Positions 53,405 to 64,000 of a stretch of 64,000 bases of DNA are shown here, piece after piece. Under the pieces are notes generated by a model. The model saw only the letters and a list, made by a program, of their open reading frames with translations, was not told where the DNA came from and made no database searches. A program made the position numbers and the translations under genes. The stretch comes from Eledone cirrhosa. Lineage: Eukaryota. The DNA lies in assembly GCA_964016885.1 (NCBI GenBank), contig OZ024747.1, positions 51,212,001-51,276,000 of the forward strand, written 5' to 3'. Position 1 is the first letter of the stretch. Each line of letters begins with the position of its first letter.

Positions 53405-53885
53405 GGAAGTTATTCATACAGTGGCCAGTCCATGGTGATATTACTATGGTAGCTTTACAGAAGTTATACATACAGTGGTCAGTCCATGATGATATTTCTA
53501 TGAGAGTTTCACAGATATGCCATCCAGTGGTCAGTCGATGATGGTATTACTATGACAGTTTCACAGATATGTTATCCAGTGGTCAGTCTATGATGATATT
53601 ACAATGGTAGCTTCACAGCAGTGTCATCCAGTGGTCAGTCCAAGATGGTATTACTATGACAGTTTCACAGATATGTTATCCAGTGGTCAGTCGATGATGA
53701 TATTACAATGGTAGCTTCACAGCAGTATCATCCAGTGGTCAGCTCATGATGATATTACTAATGGTAGCTTCACAGAAATGTCATCCATTGGTCAGCCTAT
53801 GGTGGTATTACTATGACAGCTTCACAGCAGTGTCATCCAATGGTCAGCCCATCATAATATTACTATTGCAGCTTCAAAGAAGTCA
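53405..53885. repeat. 52-bp minisatellite (~9 units, partial A/B alternation)
   Basis: CAGTGGTCAG recurs at 53473, 53525, 53577, 53629, 53681 and 53733. Confidence 0.9.
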
Positions 53886-54063
53886 TCAGCAACAGCACAA
53901 GACCCTGAAATATATTTGAAACATAACATCACTGTTGATGTCACATATGTGTGACGAAACAACTCTTAGAAAGTATATTTATATTTGAAACTACATTTTG
54001 AAATGAAAGACAATATACATGGCGATGGACTGGCGCAGTTATTAGTCTCAAACGAAAGGGTTC

Positions 54064-54064
<1 letters not shown>

Positions 54065-54138
<74 letters not shown>

Positions 54139-54149
54139 AAGCAGTAGTG

Positions 54150-54193
<44 letters not shown>

Positions 54194-54377
54194 TGTAGTA
54201 GTAGTAGAAGCAGTAGTAGTAGTAGTAGCAGTATTAGAAGCAGTAGTAGTAGTAGTAGCAGTATTAGAAGCAGTAGTGGTAGTAGTAGAGTTAGTAGAAG
54301 CAGTAGTGGTAGTAGAAGAGGTAGTAGTAATAGTGGCAGTAGTAGTGGTAGTAGTAATGGTAGCAGTAGTAGTGTTT

Positions 54378-54440
<63 letters not shown>

Positions 54441-54649
54441 ATAGTAGTAGAAGCAGTAGTAGTAGTAGTAGCAGTATTAGAAGCAGTAGTGGTAGTAGTA
54501 GAGTTAGTAGAAGCAGTAGTGGTAGTAGTAGAGGTAGTAGTAATAGTGGCAGTAGTAGTGGTAGTAGTAATGGTAGCAGTAGTAGTGTTTGTAGTAGTAG
54601 TAATAGTAGTAGTAGTAGTAGTAGTAGTAGAAGCAGTAGTAGTAGAAGC

Positions 54650-54684
<35 letters not shown>

Positions 54685-54872
54685 AATCAGTAGTAGTAGT
54701 AGTAGTAGTAGTAGTAGCAGTATTAGAAGCAGTAGTGGTAATAGTAGAGTTAGTAGAAGCAGTAGTGGTAGTAGTCGAGTTAGTAGAAGCAGTAGTGGTA
54801 GTAGTAGAGGTAGTAGTAATAGTGGCAGTAGTAGTGGTAGTAGTAGTAGTAATGGTAGCAGTAGTAGTGTTT

Positions 54873-54918
<46 letters not shown>

Positions 54919-54920
54919 CA
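54065..54920. repeat. (AGT)n-based compound microsatellite with higher-order duplications
   Basis: GCAGTATTAGAAGCAG and AATGGTAGCAGTAGTAGTGTTTG blocks recur three or more times. Confidence 0.9.
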
Positions 54921-55297
54921 ATAGTAGTTGAGGTGGTGGTGGTGGTGGTGGTGATGGTAGTAGTAGTTGAGGTGGTGGGGTAATAGTAGTATTAGTTGTA
55001 GTACAAGTGGTAGTAGGGATATTTGTAGCAGTAATGGTAGTAACACTAGTAACAATGGTGTGGTTGGCGTGGTGGTGGCGGTGATGGCAGTAGTTATAAT
55101 AGTAGTGGTAGTCGAGGTATTGGTGGTCATGGAATTAGTTGTAGTAGTGTTGATAGTGGTTTGTCTTATTTGCAATAGTAATGGTAGGGTTGCGGTGGTA
55201 GTGGTGGTGTTTGTAGTAGTTGTATTGGTAGTGGTATTGGTGGTGGTGGTGTTTGGGCTGTTAGTAGTAGTGGTGTTCATAATGTTATTATTATAGT

Positions 55298-55685
55298 GAG
55301 GGCGGTGGGTTGGCAGTATCGGTAGAGGGTCGCACGCCATGCTTTGACGCATAGAGTTACGGCCCTTGCCATTCTGGGTTCAAATCCCGCCGAGGTTAAC
55401 TTTGCCTTTCATCCTTACGGGGTCGATAAAATAAAGTACCAGTAATACACTGGGGTAATTGCTGGCCTTGTGCAAAAAGTAGAAACAATTATTGCGGTGG
55501 ATTGGCAGTACCGGTAGAGGTTCGGACGCAATTCTTTGCAGCATAGAGTTACGGCCCTTTACGATCTGAGTTCAAATCCCGCCGAGGTTAACTTTGCCTT
55601 TTATCCTTACGAGGTCGATAAAATAAAGTACCAGTAATACACTGGAATAATTGCTGGCCTTGTGCCAAGAGTAGAAACAATTATT
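55298..55685 (+). mobile_element. Head-to-tail dimer of SINE family A
   Basis: Two full monomers, 55298-55493 and 55494-55685. Confidence 0.9.
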
Positions 55686-55710
55686 ACAGTGGTGGCTATT
55701 GTGGTAAAAA

Positions 55711-55940
55711 TGTGGTGAATTGGCAGAGTTGTTAGAACGTCGGCCCTCTTCTCCCGGAGTTCAAATCCCGTCGTAGTCAACTTTACCTTTCAACCTTTCG
55801 AGGTCGATAAAAAAAAGTACCAGTCTTGTACTGGATTCAATTCTTCCTCTATATCTCTTTCTCTTATCCACTCTCTTCTGTCTAACTTTCTCTGAAATAA
55901 ATCTGCCGTATTCAGGCTTGGAGAGGGATGGGCTCCGCAC
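55711..55940 (+). mobile_element. SINE family B
   Basis: TGGCAGAGTTGTT and GAGTTCAAATCC; 3' TGGAGAGGGATGGGCTCCGC as at 33696. Confidence 0.7.
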
Positions 55941-56645
55941 CGGCATAGAGTTCCCCCTGAAATGCCGTACGACAATAAGGCGTCCCTACGACTCTAGGAG
56001 GAATTACGCGACCTTACATAAATATTGTGGTAATAGGGTTTATGTTCGTGGTGTTTCATTAGTTGTTATGGTGATAGTAGTGGTGGTAGTGTCGGTGTTA
56101 TTGGTAGTGGTGTTGATATTAATAGTACTGGTGGTGGAGTTAGTGTTAGTGATAATTGGTGTTGTTGGTGTTAGTGGTGATGGTGGTGGTGTTAGTGTTG
56201 ATGTGGTAGTAGTAGAGTCGTTAGTGGTAGTATGGTTATTTCAGCAGTTATAGTGATATTGATATTGGTGGTGTTAGTGGTGTTGTTGGTGGTGGTGGTG
56301 TTGTTGTTGTTGGTGGTGTGGTGGTAGTTTGTGGTGTTAGTGGTGGTGGTTGTGGTGTTAGTGGTATTTTTGTTGGTGGTGGTGTTAGAGGTAGTGGTGG
56401 TGTTAGTGGTGTTGTTGTTGTTGGTGGTGGTGTTAGAGGTAGTCGTGGTGTTAGTGGTGTTGTTGTTGTTGGTGGTGGTTGTGGTGGTGTTAGTGGTATT
56501 TTTGTTGGTGGTGGTGTTAGAGGTAGTGGTGGTGTTAGTGGTGTTGTTGTTTGTGGTGGTGGTGTAGGTAGTGGTGGTGTTAGTGGTGTTGTTGTTGTTG
56601 GTGGTGGTTGTGGTGGTGCTGTTGTTGTTGCTGGTGGTGTGAGTG

Positions 56646-56677
<32 letters not shown>

Positions 56678-56811
56678 GGTGGTGGTGGTGTTGTTGTTGT
56701 TGGTGGTGGTGGTATTGGTGTTGTTGGTGGTGTTGCTAATGATGGTGGTGGTAATGATGTTGGTGATGATGGAGGTGTTGTATTAGTGGCTTTTATTGCG
56801 ATGGTGATGAT

Positions 56812-59095
56812 GTTGGAGGTGATAGTGATGGTTGTTGTAGAGGAGGTAGTTGTGGTGGTAGTATTGGTTGCGCTGGTTCTAGTGCTGGCGATGAGAGTGA
56901 TGTTGACGGTAGGGCTGGTTGCAATGGTGGTGATGGTAATGGTTGTTGTAGAGGAGGTAGTTGTGGTGGTAGTATTGGTTGTGCTGGCGATGAGAGTGAT
57001 GTTGACGGTAGGGCTGGTTGCAATGGTGGTGATGGTAATGGTTGTTGTAGAGGAGGTAGTTCTGGTGGTAGTATTGGTTGTGCTGGTTCTAGTGCTGGCG
57101 ATGAGAGTGATGTTGACGGTAGGGCTGGTTGCAATGGTGGTGATGGTAATGGTTGTTGTAGAGGAGGTAGTTGTGGTGGTAGTATTGGTTGTGCTGGCGA
57201 TGAGAGTGATGTTGACGGTAGGGCTGGTTGCAATGGTGGTGATGGTAATGGTTGTTGTAGAGGAGGTAGTTGTGGTGGTAGTATTGGTTGTGCTGGTTCT
57301 AGTGCTGGCGATGAGAGTGATGTTGACGGTAGGGCTGGTTGCAATGGTGGTGATGGTAATGGTTGTTGTAGAGGAGGTAGTTGTGGTGGTAGTATTGGTT
57401 GTGCTGGTTCTAGTGCTGGCGATGAGAGTGATGTTGACGGTAGGGCTGGTTGCAATGGTGGTGATGGTAATGGTTGTTGTAGAGGAGGTAGTTGTGGTGG
57501 TAGTATTGGTTGTGCTGGTTCTAGTGCTGGCGATGAGAGTGATGTTGACGGTAGGGCTGGTTGCAATGGTGGTGATGGTAATGGTTGTTGTAGAGGAGGT
57601 AGTTGTGGTGGTAGTATTGGTTGTGCTGGTTCTAGTGCTGGCGATGAGAGTGATGTTGACGGTAGGGCTGGTTGCAATGGTGGTGATGGTAATGGTTGTT
57701 GTAGAGGAGGTAGTTGTGGTGGTAGTATTGGTTGTGCTGGTTCTAGTGCTGGCGATGAGAGTGATGTTGACGGTAGGGCTGGTTGCAATGGTGGTGATGG
57801 TAATGGTTGTTGTAGAGGAGGTAGTTGTGGTGGTAGTATTGGTTGTGCTGGTTCTAGTGCTGGCGATGAGAGTGATGTTGACGGTAGGGCTGGTTGCAAT
57901 GGTGGTGATGGTAATGGTTGTTGTAGAGGAGGTAGTTGTGGTGGTAGTATTGGTTGTGCTGGTTCTAGTGCTGGCGATGAGAGTGATGTTGACGGTAGGG
58001 CTGGTTGCAATGGTGGTGATGGTAATGGTTGTTGTAGAGGAGGTAGTTGTGGTGGTAGTATTGGTTGTGCTGGTTCTAGTGCTGGCGATGAGAGTGATGT
58101 TGACGGTAGGGCTGGTTGCAATGGTGGTAATGGTAATGGTTGTTGTAGAGGAGGTAGTTGTGGTGGTAGTATTGGTTGTGCTGGTTCTAGTGCTGGCGAT
58201 GAGAGTGATGTTGACGGTAGGGCTGGTTGCAATGGTGGTGATGGTAATGGTTGTTGTAGAGGAGGTAGTTGTGGTGGTAGTATTGGTTGTGCTGGTTCTA
58301 GTGCTGGCGATGAGAGTGATGTTGACGGTAGGGCTGGTTGCAATGGTGGTGATGGTAATGGTTGTTGTAGCGGAGGTAGTTGTGGTGGTAGCATTGGTTG
58401 CGCTGGTTCTAGTGCTGGCGATGATAGTGATGTTGACGGTAGAGCTGGTTGCAATGGTGGTGATGGTAATGGTTGTTGTAGAGGAGGTAGTATTTGTGGT
58501 AGTATTGGTTGTGCTGGTTCTAGTGCTGGCGATGATAGTGATGTTGACGGTAGAGCTGGTTGCAATGGTGGTGATGGTAATGGTTGTTGTAGAGGAGGTA
58601 GTTGTGGTGGTAGTATTGGTTGTGCTGGTTCTAGTGCTGGCGATGATAGTGATGTTGACGGTAGGGCTGGTTGCAATGGTGGTGATGGTAATGGTTGTTG
58701 TAGAGGAGGTAGTTGTGGTGGTTGTATTGGTTGTGCTGACGATGAAAGTGATGTTGACGGTAGAGCTGGTTGCAATGGTGGTGATGGTAATGGTTGTTTT
58801 AGAGGAGGTAGTTGTGGTGGTTGTATTGGTTGTGCTGGCGATGAAAGTGATGTTGACGGTAGAGCTGGTTGCAATGGTGGTGATGGTAATGGTTGTTGTA
58901 GAGGAGGTAGTTGTGGTGGTTGTATTGGTTGTGCTGACGATGAAAGTGATGTTGACGGTAGAGCTGGTTGCAATGGTGGTGATGGTAATGGTTGTTGTAG
59001 AGGAGGTAGTTCTGGTGGTAGTATTGGTTGTGCTGGCGATGATAGTGATGTTGACGGTAGAGCTGGTTGCAATGGCGGTGATGGTAATGGTTGTT
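56812..59095. repeat. 111-bp minisatellite (99-bp variant), ~21 copies
   Basis: GTGCTGGCGATGAGAGTGATG recurs at 57302, 57413 and onward. The variant lacks GTGCTGGTTCTA. Confidence 0.95.
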
Positions 59096-59195
59096 GTGGT
59101 TATGTTGCTGGAGGTGTTGATGGTGTCGATGATGATGGTGGCATTAATGATTTATACTACAATTCTGGGGGAGAAGAAAGTCGATTAAATCGACG

Positions 59196-59340
59196 ACCCC
59201 AGTACATTACTGGTACTTTGGTTTATCAACCCCGTAAGGGTGAAACCTCGGCAGGTTTCGAACTCAGGACGTAAAAGGTCATAACTCTATGCCACAAAGT
59301 ATGTCTAACACTCTACCGTTACACCCAATCCCCCGCCCTT
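59196..59340 (-). mobile_element. Diverged SINE family A copy
   Basis: Reverse-complement match with internal deletion. Confidence 0.7.
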
Positions 59341-59349
59341 GATGATAGC

Positions 59350-59700
59350 AATAATTGTTTCTACTTTTGCCACAAGGCCAGCAATTACCCAGTACATTAC
59401 TGGTACTTTATTTTATCGACCTCGTAAGGATAAAAGGCAAAGTTAACCTCGGCGGGATTTGAACTCAGATCGTAAAGGGCCGTAACTCTATGCTGCAAAG
59501 CATGGCGTCCGAACCTCTACCGATACTGCCAATCAACCGCAATAATTGTTTCTACTTTTTGCACAAGGCCAGCAATTATCCAAGTGTATTACTGGTACTT
59601 TATTTTATCGACCCCGTAAGGATGAAAGGCAAAGTTAACCTCGGCGGGATTTGAACTCAGACCATAAAGGGACGTAACTCTTTGCTGCAAATCCACCGCA
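59350..59700 (-). mobile_element. Head-to-tail dimer of SINE family A (outer monomer internally deleted)
   Basis: Monomers at 59350-59540 and 59541-59700; GCAATAAT at both ends (possible TSD). Confidence 0.88.
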
Positions 59701-59820
59701 ATAATGTTATCTGGTGTGACAGCGTTATTGAAGATGTTGATGGTTGTATTGGTTGTGGAGGAGTGGGAGAGAAATCAGGAGCCGGAGTGGTGTGTGTGTG
59801 TGTGTGAGTATGTGTATATG

Positions 59821-59853
<33 letters not shown>

Positions 59854-59914
59854 ACGTGCGAGTGCGTGCGTGTGTGTGTGTGAGAGAGAGAGAGAGAGGG
59901 GGAGAGAGAGAGGC

Positions 59915-59966
<52 letters not shown>

Positions 59967-60080
59967 AAGAGAATGTGTCTCTAGTTGTGCGTGTGGTGAA
60001 GTATTTACTAGAGGAGGCGGCGTGTGTGTGTGTGATTTTGAATGCATTTCACTGTGTGTATACATGAGTGCGCGCGCGCG

Positions 60081-60139
<59 letters not shown>

Positions 60140-60231
60140 AGTGGAGGTGGCGCTGACGTTGTTAGTGTTGGTTGAATAGAGGAAAGACGAGGCGGAGTGG
60201 GGAGGGTGTATGAGTGCATGTATGTATGCAC

Positions 60232-60284
<53 letters not shown>

Positions 60285-60285
<1 letters not shown>

Positions 60286-61012
60286 GGAATAGAATGAAAC
60301 GAAATTTCATTTCTCACTCTTAGTACGGCACTTACTTAAATGTAAGTATGTATGTATGTATACGAACATACATATATGTATACAGACGTACAGTAGTATG
60401 TATATATATACATACATGCACACATATATATATGCACGTATCGGTTTATCGAACATTTATTATAATGCTCGGTTTGTTTGTTTGTAAACAAACAGCCCGA
60501 ATTACGCCGTACAGTGTTTAGGCAACCACGTCACCTTTTTTTTTTTGTATGTATACATACTTACATTTAAATCAGTGCCGTACTAAGAGTGAGAAATGAA
60601 ATTTCGTTTCATTCTATTCCATTTATAGTTTTCGGTGTGCCCGGCCGACTGAACTCACTCGATATGCAAATTAGGCTGCTCAGCCGTTAATATGCATAAG
60701 GAAAGTATATACTTTCAGACGTTCAACCATCTGGCAGGAAGGTATACGATGCTGACGATAGCTAATAAGCTTGAAACTAGTACATCGTTCCTGAGTCAGT
60801 GTTGAACAAAAAGGTGACGTGGTTGCCTAAACACTGTACGGCGTAATTCGGGCTGTTTGTTTGTTTATATACAAACAAACCGAGCATTATAATAAATGTT
60901 CGATAAACCGATACGTGCATATATATATGTGTGCATGTATGTATATATATACATACTACTGTACGTCTGTATACATATATGTATGTACGTATACATACAT
61001 AAATACTTATAT
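60285..61012. mobile_element. Family F3 fold-back copy
   Basis: An inverted partial arm (60285-60540) followed by a full monomer (60547-61012); (TA)n flanks. Confidence 0.85.
60746..60788 (+). ncRNA. Minimal type I hammerhead ribozyme (F3)
   Basis: ACGAUG-CUGACGA-U-AGCU-AAUA-AGCU-U-GAAA-CUAG-UA-CAUCGU. Stem I covaries with the 14143 copy (A-U versus U.G). Confidence 0.88.
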
Positions 61013-61263
61013 TTATATATATATATATATATATACATATATGTATGTATGTGCGTGTATATGTATGTACGCCCATGTGTGTGTGTGTGTATGTATGTAT
61101 GTATGCACATGTGTATGTATATATATACATGTATACATATATATATATACATATATATATATACATATATATATATATACATGTATACATGTATGTGCGT
61201 GTATATGTACGCCCATGTGTGTGTATGTATGTATGTTTGCACATGTATATACATATATATATA

Positions 61264-61360
61264 TGAAGAAAGGCTTATGCCCGAAACGTCGTTCCTCCCC
61301 GCCACTCTCTAGAGCGTGAAACTAATAAACCTCTGTTTTTGTTCCCGTTCCAGTTTCACT
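61264..61360 (+). mobile_element. 5'-truncated pseudo-LTR fragment beginning inside a hammerhead core (F11)
   Basis: (C)UGAAGA-A-AGGC-UUAU-GCCC-GAAA-CGUCG-UU directly after (TA)n, then AATAAA and a T-rich tail before (TA)n. Confidence 0.55.
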
Positions 61361-61367
61361 ATATATG

Positions 61368-61546
<179 letters not shown>

Positions 61547-61744
61547 TTATGTATGTGCGTGTATATGTAAGTACGCCCATATGTGTATGTATGTATGTAT
61601 GCACATGTGCATGTATGTATATATGTGTGTGTGTGTGAGTGTGTGTGTGTGTGTATGTGATTGTGTAGTGGAGATATGGACGTTGCTATTGGTGTTATGA
61701 AAGTAAACTCTACTTACATGCAAGAGGAGGATTTTAAACAAAAG

Positions 61745-62626
61745 CTGTTGCTGCTGCTGCTGTGTTGTAGTGGTTGTTGTTGTTGTTGTCGTAGTGGTTG
61801 TTGTTGTTATTGTTGTTGCTGTTGTAGTGGTTGTTGTTGTTGTTATTGTTGCTGCCGTTGTTGCTACTGCTGTTCCTGCTGTTGTTGCTGTTGTTGGGGT
61901 TGTTTTTGTTTTTGTTATTGTTGCTGCCGTTGTTGCTACCGCTGTTCCTGCTGTTGTTGTTGCTGTTGTTGTGGTTGTTTTTGTTGTTGTTATTGTTGCT
62001 GCCGTTGTTGCTGCTGCTGCTGTGTTGTAGTGGTTGTTGTTGTTGTTGTAGTAGTGGTTGTTGTTGTTGTTATTGTTGTTGTTGTTGTTGTAGTGGTTGT
62101 TGTTGTTGTTATTGTTGCTGCCGTTGTTGCTGCTGCTGCTGTGTTGTAGTGGTTGTTGTTGTTGTTGTTGTAGTAGTTGTTGTTGTTGTTGTTGTTATTG
62201 TTGTTGTTGTAGTGGTTGTTGTTGTTGTTATTGTTGCTGCCGTTGTTGCTACTGCTGTTCCTGCTGTTGTTGTTGCTGTTGTTGTGGTTGTTTTTGTTGT
62301 TGTTATTGTTGCTGCCGTTGTTGCTGCTGCTGCTGTGTTGTAGTGATTGTTGTTGTTGTTGTAGTAGTGGTTGTTGTTGTTGTTGTTATTGTTGTTGTTG
62401 TTGTAGTGGTTGTTGTTGTTGTTATTGTTGCTGCCGTTGTTGCTGCTGCTGCTGTGCTGTAGTGGTTGTTGTTGTTGTTGTAGTAGTGGTTGTTGTTGTT
62501 GTTGTTATTGTTGTTGTTGTTGTAGTGGTTGTTGTTGTTGTTATTGTTGCTGCCGTTGTTGCTACTGCTGTTCCTGCTGTTGTTGCTGTTGTTGGGGTTG
62601 TTTTTGTTGTTGTTATTGTTGCTGCC

Positions 62627-62663
<37 letters not shown>

Positions 62664-62808
62664 TTGCTGTTGTTGTTGTTGTTGTGGTTGTTTTTGTTGT
62701 TGTTTTTGTTGCTGCCGCTGTTGCTGCTGCTGTTGAGGCTGTTTTTGTTGCTATTGTTGTTGTTGTTGCTGTTGTGGTTGTTTTTGTTGTTGTTATTGTT
62801 GCTGCCGC

Positions 62809-62843
<35 letters not shown>

Positions 62844-62991
62844 TTGCTGTTGTTGCTGTTGTTGTGGTTGTTTTTGTTGTTGTTATTGTTGCTGCCGCTG
62901 TTGCTGCTGCTGTTGAGGCTGTTTTTGTTGCTGTTGTTGTTGTTGTTGCTGTTGTGGTTGTTTTTGTTGTTGTTATTGTTGCTGCCGCTTC

Positions 62992-63023
<32 letters not shown>

Positions 63024-63442
63024 TTGTTGTTGTTGCTGTGGTTGTTTTTGTTGTTGTTATTGTTGCTGCCGCTGTTGCTGCTGCTGTTGAGGCTGTTTTT
63101 GTTGCTGCTGGTGCTGTTGTTGTTGTCGTTACTGTTGTTGTAGTTGTTGTTGTCGTTGTCGTTGTCGTTGTTGTTGTTGTTGTTGCTTTTTGTTGTTGTT
63201 GTTGTTGTTTTCATTGCTGTTGTTGTTGCTATTGTTGTGGCTGGTGTGGTTACTGTTGTTGTTGCTCTTGTTGCTGCTCTTGCTGATGCTGCTGCTCTGC
63301 TGCTGCTGTTGTTGCTGCTGTTGTCGCTTTTGTTGTTGCTTTTGTTGTTGCTGCTGTTGTTGTCGATGTTGTTGCTGTTGTTGTTGTTGTTGTTGTCGTC
63401 GCTGTTGTTGCTGTTGTGTTGTTGTCGCTGTTGTTGCTGCTT

Positions 63443-63486
<44 letters not shown>

Positions 63487-63795
63487 ACTAATGTGGATAC
63501 TGTTGTTGTTGTTGCTGTTGTCGCTGTTGTAATTGCTGTTGTTACTGCTGCTTTTGTTGTTGATGTTGCTGCTGTTGTTATTGCTGATGTTGCTGCTGAT
63601 GTTGCTGCTGATGTTGCTGCTGTTGTTACTGCTGCTTTTGTTGCTGATGTTGCTGCTGTTGTTATTGCTGATGTTGCTGCTGATGTTGCTGCTGTTGTTA
63701 TTGCTGTTGTTGCTGCTGATGTTGCTGCTGTTGTTATTGCTGTTGTTGCTGCTGATCTTTCTGCTGATGTTGTTGCTGATGTTGCTGCTGCTGTT
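61745..63795. repeat. Compound (TGT)/(TGC) trinucleotide array with higher-order blocks
   Basis: TTATTGTTGCTGCCG recurs many times; source of the poly-C, poly-V and poly-L ORFs. Confidence 0.9.
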
Positions 63796-64000
63796 TATGA
63801 ACACCGACGTGGGATTATATATTTTAATAACGGTAGTAATATTATAGAAACAGGAGAGGTAGAGGCGAAGGAAAGTGATAGATAATGTGAGTGTGGTGTG
63901 GTGTGGTAGGTGAGTGGTCAACTGATGGTCAGCACAATACTGGGGCCATAATACACAACATCACTGGACATTATCCATATTATTTCCTTTGTTCTCATTC

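Noticed and set aside
61661-63921. Cys-rich metallothionein/keratin-associated-like ORFs
   Set aside because: Derived from (TGT)/(TGC) repeats that are open in most frames.

Overview
Repeat-saturated eukaryotic intergenic or intronic DNA. The SINE families and extreme (TA)n/(CA)n/(GA)n/(TATG)n/trinucleotide content suggest an octopus or other coleoid genome (inference). No host protein-coding gene is recognisable, and most ORFs in the track are microsatellite artefacts. Real protein remnants are: a near full-length, frameshifted L1/Tx1-clade LINE (39.6-45.0 kb, minus); a decayed Penelope-like element (PLE) with an RT-thumb/GIY-YIG region (34.9-37.2 kb); and RTE-derived non-autonomous elements that keep a C2H2 finger. 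There are also many tRNA-derived SINEs and three minisatellites (~47, 52 and 111 bp units). The main hidden signal is a set of about ten sequence-unrelated families of small non-coding elements, most of them embedded in (TA)n tracts. They carry hand-foldable type I hammerhead ribozymes (HHRs) and have greater-than-unit-length tandem and/or fold-back (palindromic) structure. This fits a retrozyme-like, PLE-mobilised community of ribozyme RNAs. Several of the ribozymes share an unusual U.U opposition at the base of stem II and palindromic stem III loops. All folds and coordinates were derived by eye and need computational and biochemical confirmation.
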